From IMG/VR virus record IMGVR_UViG_2529292836_000015: DNA of 21,605 nt. One strand, 5' to 3'. Each line of letters starts with the position of its first letter. Position 1 is the stretch's first letter. The stretch is from a virus. Taxonomy: Duplodnaviria; Heunggongvirae; Uroviricota; Caudoviricetes. A program made the translations under genes and the position numbers. Below are positions 16,389 through 21,605 of this stretch, piece after piece. The notes beneath the pieces were generated by a model that saw only the letters and a list, made by a program, of their open reading frames with translations, was not told where the DNA came from and did not search any database.

Positions 16389-16690
16389 CGCTTCCGGGGA
16401 TGCGTTTTCTGATGATGCTGGCGCTCAGGATGGGGCGCACATTGTCAGAGTTACGCCGGGAAATGTCCGCATCAGAAATCATGATGTGGGCAGAATTTGA
16501 CAGGTTCAGCCCGCTGGGGGACGAACGGGCTGATTTCCGGGCTGCCCAGATTGTTTCAGCTGTTTACGGTGCGCAGGGGGTCAAAGTGTCACTGAATGAT
16601 GCGCTTCTTCAGTGGGAGAAGGAGCAGACAGAAGGCGCTTCAGATCCATTTGCCGGACTGGAAAACGCGCTTTTAATAGTGTCTCAGTGA
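16385..16690 (+). CDS. T: T-frame extension of tail assembly chaperone G-T (made only by -1 frameshift from G)
   Basis: The -1 frame is open from the slippery site (…KK-VALPGMRFLMMLALRMGR…) to the stop at 16688..16690, with no independent SD. Canonical position before the tape measure gene. Confidence 0.7.
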   Translation, partial: VALPGMRFLMMLALRMGRTLSELRREMSASEIMMWAEFDRFSPLGDERADFRAAQIVSAVYGAQGVKVSLNDALLQWEKEQTEGASDPFAGLENALLIVSQ

Positions 16691-16698
16691 GTCAACAT

Positions 16699-16720
16699 AA
16701 CCGCTTCGGCGGTTTTTTTT
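16699..16720 (+). terminator. intrinsic terminator-like hairpin between G-T and the tape measure gene
   Basis: AACCGC-TTCG-GCGGTT (UUCG tetraloop) followed by T8. Confidence 0.5.
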
Positions 16721-16730
16721 CGTCCGGAGA

Positions 16731-19700
16731 ATGAGTGTGGCGACATTACGTGAACTGATTATTAAAATCTCGGCAAATTCCCGGTCATTCCAGTCAGAGA
16801 TCTCCCGGGCTTCGCGTATGGGGCAGGATTACTACCGTACCATGCAGAACGGAGGCCGGCAGTCCGCTGCTGCATCCCGTGAAATGCGGCGTGCACTGGC
16901 AGAAGTGACGGATCAGATAAATACAGCTAAATCTTCGGCACTGAATATGGCGGGGGCATTTGCCGGGGCTTTTGCTACCGGTCATCTTATTTCTCTCGCC
17001 GATGAGTGGAATTCAGTAAATGCCCGTCTGAAGCAGGCCTCACAGTCCAGTGATGATTTTCAGGTATCACAACGTGAATTAATGGCGATCAGCCAGAGAA
17101 CGGGGACGGCGTTTTCTGATAACGCCAGGCTTTTTGCCCGTTCTGCAGCTTCCATGCGGGAGTATGGTTACAGTTCTGAGGAGGTACTGAAAGTCACCGA
17201 GGCGATCTCCACGGGCCTGAAATTATCCGGTGCCAGTACAGCAGAAGCCAGTTCGGTGATCACGCAGTTCAGTCAGGCACTGGCGCAGGGAGTGCTGCGC
17301 GGTGAAGAGTTTAACTCGGTGAATGAGAGCGGTGATCGTGTTATTCGTGCGCTGGCTGCGGGAATGGGCGTTGCCCGTAAGGATCTGAAGGCCATGGCGG
17401 ATAACGGAAAACTAACCGCCGATAAGGTTGTTCCTGCACTGATTAGTCAGCTTGGGGCGTTGCGTGATGAATATGCAGCAATGCCTGATACGGTTTCATC
17501 CTCTGCAACCAAAGTTGAAAACGCCTTTATGGCCTGGGTTGGTGGTGCGAACGAGGCAAGCGGAGTGACGAAGACGCTCTCCGGGGTGCTGAATGGTCTT
17601 GCAGGCAATATTGATACCGTGGCAACCGCTGCCAGTGCTCTGGTTGCCGTCGGGGTAGCCCGATATTTTGGCAATATGGCGTCTTCTGCTGGATCTGCAA
17701 CTGCCGGATTAATTACTGCAGCCAGAAACGAAGTGGCTCTTGCTGAAGCGCAACTTCGGGGGACACAGATAGCAACCGCCAGGGCGCGTGCGGCGGGTTA
17801 TCGTGCGCAACAGGCGGTTGTTGCTGCTCGCGGTACCGAAAGGCAGGCCGCAGCAGAAGCGAAGCTGACAGCTGCTCAGGCGTCACTTACCCGTAATATT
17901 GCGGCCAGAACAGCGGCACAGACAACGCTGAATACTGTCACGTCAGTGGGGAGTCGTCTGTTAAGTGGTGCGCTGGGGTTGGTTGGTGGTGTGCCGGGAC
18001 TCGTCATGCTGGGGGCGACGGCCTGGTACACGATGTATCAGAATCAGGAGCAGGCCAGAGAATCTGCACGCCAGTATGCCGCAACAATCGACGAAATTCG
18101 CCAGAAAACGTCGGCAATGTCGCTTCCTGAAGCGTCAGATAATGAGGAAAAGACGCGGCAGGCACTTGATGAGCAAAACAGGTTAATTGACGAGCAGAAA
18201 AGTAAGATTAAATCCTTACAGGAAAAAATTGCTGGCTATCAGTATGTGCTGGCAAACCAGGGCTGGACAACCGATAACGGTTTTATGATTAACCACATGA
18301 CGTCGGTAAAAACTGTCACAGAAGGGCTTGCAGAAGCAACAAATCAACTGGCAGTTGAACAGTCCCGTCTCACACAAATGCAGGGCAAAGCGCAATCCAT
18401 TCAGGATGTGCTTGCCGGGCTGGAGGAGCGACGGGTGGCGTTGATCCGTCAACAGGCCGCGGAACAAAACAAAGCGTATCAGTCCCTGTTGATCATGAAT
18501 GGGCAGCATACCGAGTTTAATCGCCTTCTCGGGCTCGGTAATGAATTACTTCAGCAGCGACAGGGGCTGGTGAATGTACCGTTACGGCTACCACAGGCAA
18601 CCCTGGATGATAAACAGCAGACTGCACTGAATAACAGCGAGCGCGAACTGGCTCTGTCCCGCCTGAAGGGGGAAGCCCGTGAGCGTGCCCGCCTGGGTTA
18701 TGCTGCGGATGATCTCGGCTTTGTGGGAGAGGCGTATCAGACAGCCAGACAGAATTATATCAATAACTCACTGGATGCCTGGCGAAATAACCAGGCAAAT
18801 AAACCCAAAGCGCATAAAAAGACCGAAGCGGAAAAAACAGAAGATATTTATAAACGGCTGATTAAACAGCAAAAAGAACAAATAGCACTGGCAGGGCAGA
18901 ATACTGAACTGGCTAAGATGAAATATCAGGTCAGTCAGGGCGAATTATCAACCCTGTCAGAAGCGCAGAAAAAAACGCTTTTGCAGAATGCAGCACTCAT
19001 CGACCAGAAAAAGATTCGTGAGCAGCTTGCTGCGTATGAAAGCAGCCTGGCGGACAGTAATGCCAGTGCCCGGGCATCTGACGACGCGCAGTTACTGGGA
19101 TATGGTGAAGGCTCACGGATGCGTGAACGACTCCAGGAAATGTGGAGTATCCGGCATGAGTTTGAGCAGAAAAATAACGAGCTGCTGAGACAGTATCAGG
19201 CCGGAGAAATTGAAGAAGCCCTGTGGAAACAGGAGAAAGAACTGAATAAAAAATATCTGGAAGAGCGTCTCAGCGATCAGCAGGATTATTATGCAAAGGC
19301 CGATGCTTTACGTAATAACTGGAATGCAGGACTCCAGGAGGGGCTGACCAACTGGGCAGACAGTGCCACCGATTATGCTTCGCAGGCGGCAGATGCTGTC
19401 GTTTCCACTATGGACGGACTGGTATCAAATATTTCCGATGCACTGGCCGGAAATGTTGTGGACTGGAGAAACTGGGGGAGTTCAGTTCTCCGGGAAGTTT
19501 CAAAAATTCTGATGAATGCGGCCATTGTTAACGGACTGAAGTCACTCTCCGGTGCCGGAGGGTGGCTTGGTACGGTCGGCGGATGGATTTCGGGGGCGGT
19601 GGCAAACGCAAAAGGTGGTGTTTACACATCGGCAAATCTGAGTGCTTACAGTAACACTATTGTGGATACACCGACGTATTTTGCTTTTGCGAAAGGTGCC

Positions 19701-19964
19701 GGGCTGATGGGCGAGGCCGGGCCTGAAGCTATCATGCCACTGACACGGGCAGCGGACGGCTCTCTTGGGGTCAGAGCCATTGGCAATGTGAATAGTGGCG
19801 GGGGGGGTGTTTATTCTCCCGTGTATCACATCAGCATTCAGAATCAAGGGAGCAATGGCGAGATAGATGCGCGCTCAGCCAGGGGACTGGTGGATCTGAT
19901 CGACAGCAGGGTTGTGTCAATTATGCAGTCATCGCGTCGGGATGGAGGATTGTACAGTGCCTGA
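16731..19964 (+). CDS. tail tape measure protein (1077 aa)
   Basis: Very long, Ala/Gln-rich, coiled-coil-rich ORF after G/G-T with GGAG SD. Typical tape-measure composition. Confidence 0.85.
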   Translation: MSVATLRELIIKISANSRSFQSEISRASRMGQDYYRTMQNGGRQSAAASREMRRALAEVTDQINTAKSSALNMAGAFAGAFATGHLISLADEWNSVNARLKQASQSSDDFQVSQRELMAISQRTGTAFSDNARLFARSAASMREYGYSSEEVLKVTEAISTGLKLSGASTAEASSVITQFSQALAQGVLRGEEFNSVNESGDRVIRALAAGMGVARKDLKAMADNGKLTADKVVPALISQLGALRDEYAAMPDTVSSSATKVENAFMAWVGGANEASGVTKTLSGVLNGLAGNIDTVATAASALVAVGVARYFGNMASSAGSATAGLITAARNEVALAEAQLRGTQIATARARAAGYRAQQAVVAARGTERQAAAEAKLTAAQASLTRNIAARTAAQTTLNTVTSVGSRLLSGALGLVGGVPGLVMLGATAWYTMYQNQEQARESARQYAATIDEIRQKTSAMSLPEASDNEEKTRQALDEQNRLIDEQKSKIKSLQEKIAGYQYVLANQGWTTDNGFMINHMTSVKTVTEGLAEATNQLAVEQSRLTQMQGKAQSIQDVLAGLEERRVALIRQQAAEQNKAYQSLLIMNGQHTEFNRLLGLGNELLQQRQGLVNVPLRLPQATLDDKQQTALNNSERELALSRLKGEARERARLGYAADDLGFVGEAYQTARQNYINNSLDAWRNNQANKPKAHKKTEAEKTEDIYKRLIKQQKEQIALAGQNTELAKMKYQVSQGELSTLSEAQKKTLLQNAALIDQKKIREQLAAYESSLADSNASARASDDAQLLGYGEGSRMRERLQEMWSIRHEFEQKNNELLRQYQAGEIEEALWKQEKELNKKYLEERLSDQQDYYAKADALRNNWNAGLQEGLTNWADSATDYASQAADAVVSTMDGLVSNISDALAGNVVDWRNWGSSVLREVSKILMNAAIVNGLKSLSGAGGWLGTVGGWISGAVANAKGGVYTSANLSAYSNTIVDTPTYFAFAKGAGLMGEAGPEAIMPLTRAADGSLGVRAIGNVNSGGGGVYSPVYHISIQNQGSNGEIDARSARGLVDLIDSRVVSIMQSSRRDGGLYSA

Positions 19965-20298
19965 GCCTGAAGTTTTTAACTGGATCCCCCGTGAGGGGAT
20001 GGAGACGACACGAAAGCCATCAGTTATTACGGTAAAGTTTGGTGACGGATATGAACAGCGACGGGCTGGTGGTCTGAATGCGGATCTGAAAACGTTTAAA
20101 CCGGTATTTCGTGTCACAGATGAATATTCCCGTGCCGCGCTGGACAGTTCTTTATCCCGTCATGCCGGGATTCGTGCTTTTTTGTGGCGTCCGCCAAAAC
20201 ACAACAGGACTGTCCGGGTTGTCTGCAGGGAGTGGAGCATTTCGGATAATGCCATGTATACCGATTTTAACTGTACCTTTGAAGAGGTCACTCACTGA
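19957..20298 (+). CDS. M: minor tail protein M
   Basis: Translation ...VRFGDGYEQRRAGGLNADLKT...FLWRPP... resembles lambda gpM. Start is GTG 19957 (GGAGG upstream, overlapping the tape-measure stop) or ATG 19942. Confidence 0.75.
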   Translation: MPEPEVFNWIPREGMETTRKPSVITVKFGDGYEQRRAGGLNADLKTFKPVFRVTDEYSRAALDSSLSRHAGIRAFLWRPPKHNRTVRVVCREWSISDNAMYTDFNCTFEEVTH

Positions 20299-20996
20299 TG
20301 CAGGATATACAGCAGGAAACACTCAATGAGTGCACTAAAACGGAGCAATCCGCGCTGATCGTGCTCTGGGAAGTCGATCTGACAGAGGTCGGCGGAGAAC
20401 GTTATTTTTTCTGTAATGAGCAGAACGAAAAAGGTGAGTCGGTCACCTGGCAGGGGCGACAGTATCAGGCGTACCCTATTCAGGGAAGCGGCTTTGAGAT
20501 GAACGGCAAAGGAGCCAGTGCAAGACCAACGCTGAAAGTCTCTAACCTGCACGGCATGGTCACCGGGATGGCGGAAGACCTGCAGAGTCTGGTCGGCGGA
20601 ACGGTGGTCAGGCGTAAGGTTTACGCCCGTTTTCTGGATGCGGTGAACTTCGTCAACGGAAACAGTGACGCCGATCCGGAGCAGGAGGTGATCAGCCGCT
20701 GGCGCATCGAGCAGTGCAGCGAACTGAGCGCGGTCAGTGCCTCCTTTGTGTTGTCCACACCGACGGAAACGGACGGTGCCGTTTTTCCGGGGCGCATCAT
20801 GCTGGCCAACACCTGCACCTGGATCTACCGCGGCGATGAGTGCGGTTATGATGGCCCGGCTGTCGCGGATGAATATGACCAGCCAACGTCCGATATCACG
20901 AAGGATAAGTGCAGCAAATGCCTGAGTGGTTGCAAGTTCCGCAATAACGTCGGCAATTTTGGCGGCTACCTTTCCATTAACAAACTTTCGCAGTAA
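20298..20996 (+). CDS. L: minor tail protein L
   Basis: Translation MQDIQQETLNECTKTEQSALIVLWEVDLTEVGGERYFFCNEQNEKGE... is near-identical to recalled lambda gpL, including the C-terminal Cys cluster. Confidence 0.9.
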   Translation: MQDIQQETLNECTKTEQSALIVLWEVDLTEVGGERYFFCNEQNEKGESVTWQGRQYQAYPIQGSGFEMNGKGASARPTLKVSNLHGMVTGMAEDLQSLVGGTVVRRKVYARFLDAVNFVNGNSDADPEQEVISRWRIEQCSELSAVSASFVLSTPTETDGAVFPGRIMLANTCTWIYRGDECGYDGPAVADEYDQPTSDITKDKCSKCLSGCKFRNNVGNFGGYLSINKLSQ

Positions 20997-21001
20997 ATCC
21001 C

Positions 21002-21605
21002 ATGACAGAGACAGAATCAGCGATTCTGGCGCACGCCCGGCGATGTGCGCCAGCGGAGTCGTGCGGCTTCGTGGTGAGAACGCCGGAAGGGGAAAGATAT
21101 TTTCCCTGCGTGAATATCTCCGGTGAGCCGGAGGAGTATTTCCGGATGTCGCCGGAGGACTGGCTGCGGGCAGAGATGCAGGGTGAGATTGTGGCGCTGG
21201 TCCACAGCCACCCCGGTGGTCTGCCCTGGCTGAGTGAGGCCGACCGGCGGCTGCAGGTGCATAGTGATTTGCCGTGGTGGCTGGTCTGCCGGGGTGAGAT
21301 TCATAAATTCCGCTGTGTGCCGCATCTCACCGGGCGGCGCTTTGAGCACGGGGTGACGGACTGTTACACGCTGTTCCGGGATGCTTACCATCTGGCGGGG
21401 ATTGAGATGCCGGATTTTCATCGCGGGGATGACTGGTGGCGTAACGGTCAGAATCTCTATCTGGATAATCTGGAGGCCACAGGGCTGTATCAGGTGCCGT
21501 TGTCAGCGGCGCAGCCGGGCGATGTGCTGCTGTGCTGTTTTGGTTCATCGGTGCCGAATCATGCCGCTATTTACTGCGGCGACGGCGAGCTGCTGCACCA
21601 TATTC
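21002..21605 (+). CDS. K: tail tip assembly protein K (JAMM/MPN plus NlpC/P60 domains), partial; continues past window end
   Basis: ATG at 21002. Translation ...ESCGFVVRTPEGERYF...EIVALVHSHPGGLPWLSEADRR...GVTDCYTLFRDAYHLAG... matches recalled lambda gpK. No stop before 21605, which is why it is absent from the ORF track. Confidence 0.85.
   Translation, partial: MTETESAILAHARRCAPAESCGFVVRTPEGERYFPCVNISGEPEEYFRMSPEDWLRAEMQGEIVALVHSHPGGLPWLSEADRRLQVHSDLPWWLVCRGEIHKFRCVPHLTGRRFEHGVTDCYTLFRDAYHLAGIEMPDFHRGDDWWRNGQNLYLDNLEATGLYQVPLSAAQPGDVLLCCFGSSVPNHAAIYCGDGELLHHI

Noticed and set aside
19912-19956. Tail protein M starting at the ATG at 19912 (MCQLCSHRVGMEDC...)
   Set aside because: This would overlap the tape-measure C-terminus by 50 nt with no SD; GTG 19957 (or ATG 19942) with GGAGG upstream matches lambda-like H/M coupling better.
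1-21605. CRISPR arrays, tRNA or rRNA genes
   Set aside because: No direct-repeat/spacer periodicity and no cloverleaf-compatible sequences seen anywhere in the window.

Overview
This window is a segment of a lambdoid (DLP12-like) prophage from an Enterobacteriaceae genome, probably E. coli or Shigella, with almost every gene on the + strand in late-operon order. All identifications rest on reading the translations and on recalled family knowledge; no database search was run. From left to right: an IS3 end (1..242); a two-gene lipoprotein module (SlyB-like); the nin-region genes ylcH-ybcN-ninE-ybcO-rusA-ylcG; antiterminator Q; an intact NmpC/Lc-type porin on the minus strand; a lysis cassette (dual-start pinholin, a two-ORF insertion, SAR endolysin, Rz with embedded Rz1); bor on the minus strand; HNH endonuclease with small and large terminase; an HK97-type head module (portal, protease, major capsid); and a lambda-like tail module (V-like tube protein, G/G-T frameshift chaperone, tape measure, M, L, partial K). 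The most unusual places are the two-ORF insertion between holin and endolysin, the SlyB-like lipoprotein operon next to the IS3 end, the structured porin 3' region (possible IpeX-like sRNA), and a perfect palindrome plus a strongly SD-led mini-ORF between bor and the HNH gene. I found no CRISPR array, tRNA or rRNA.
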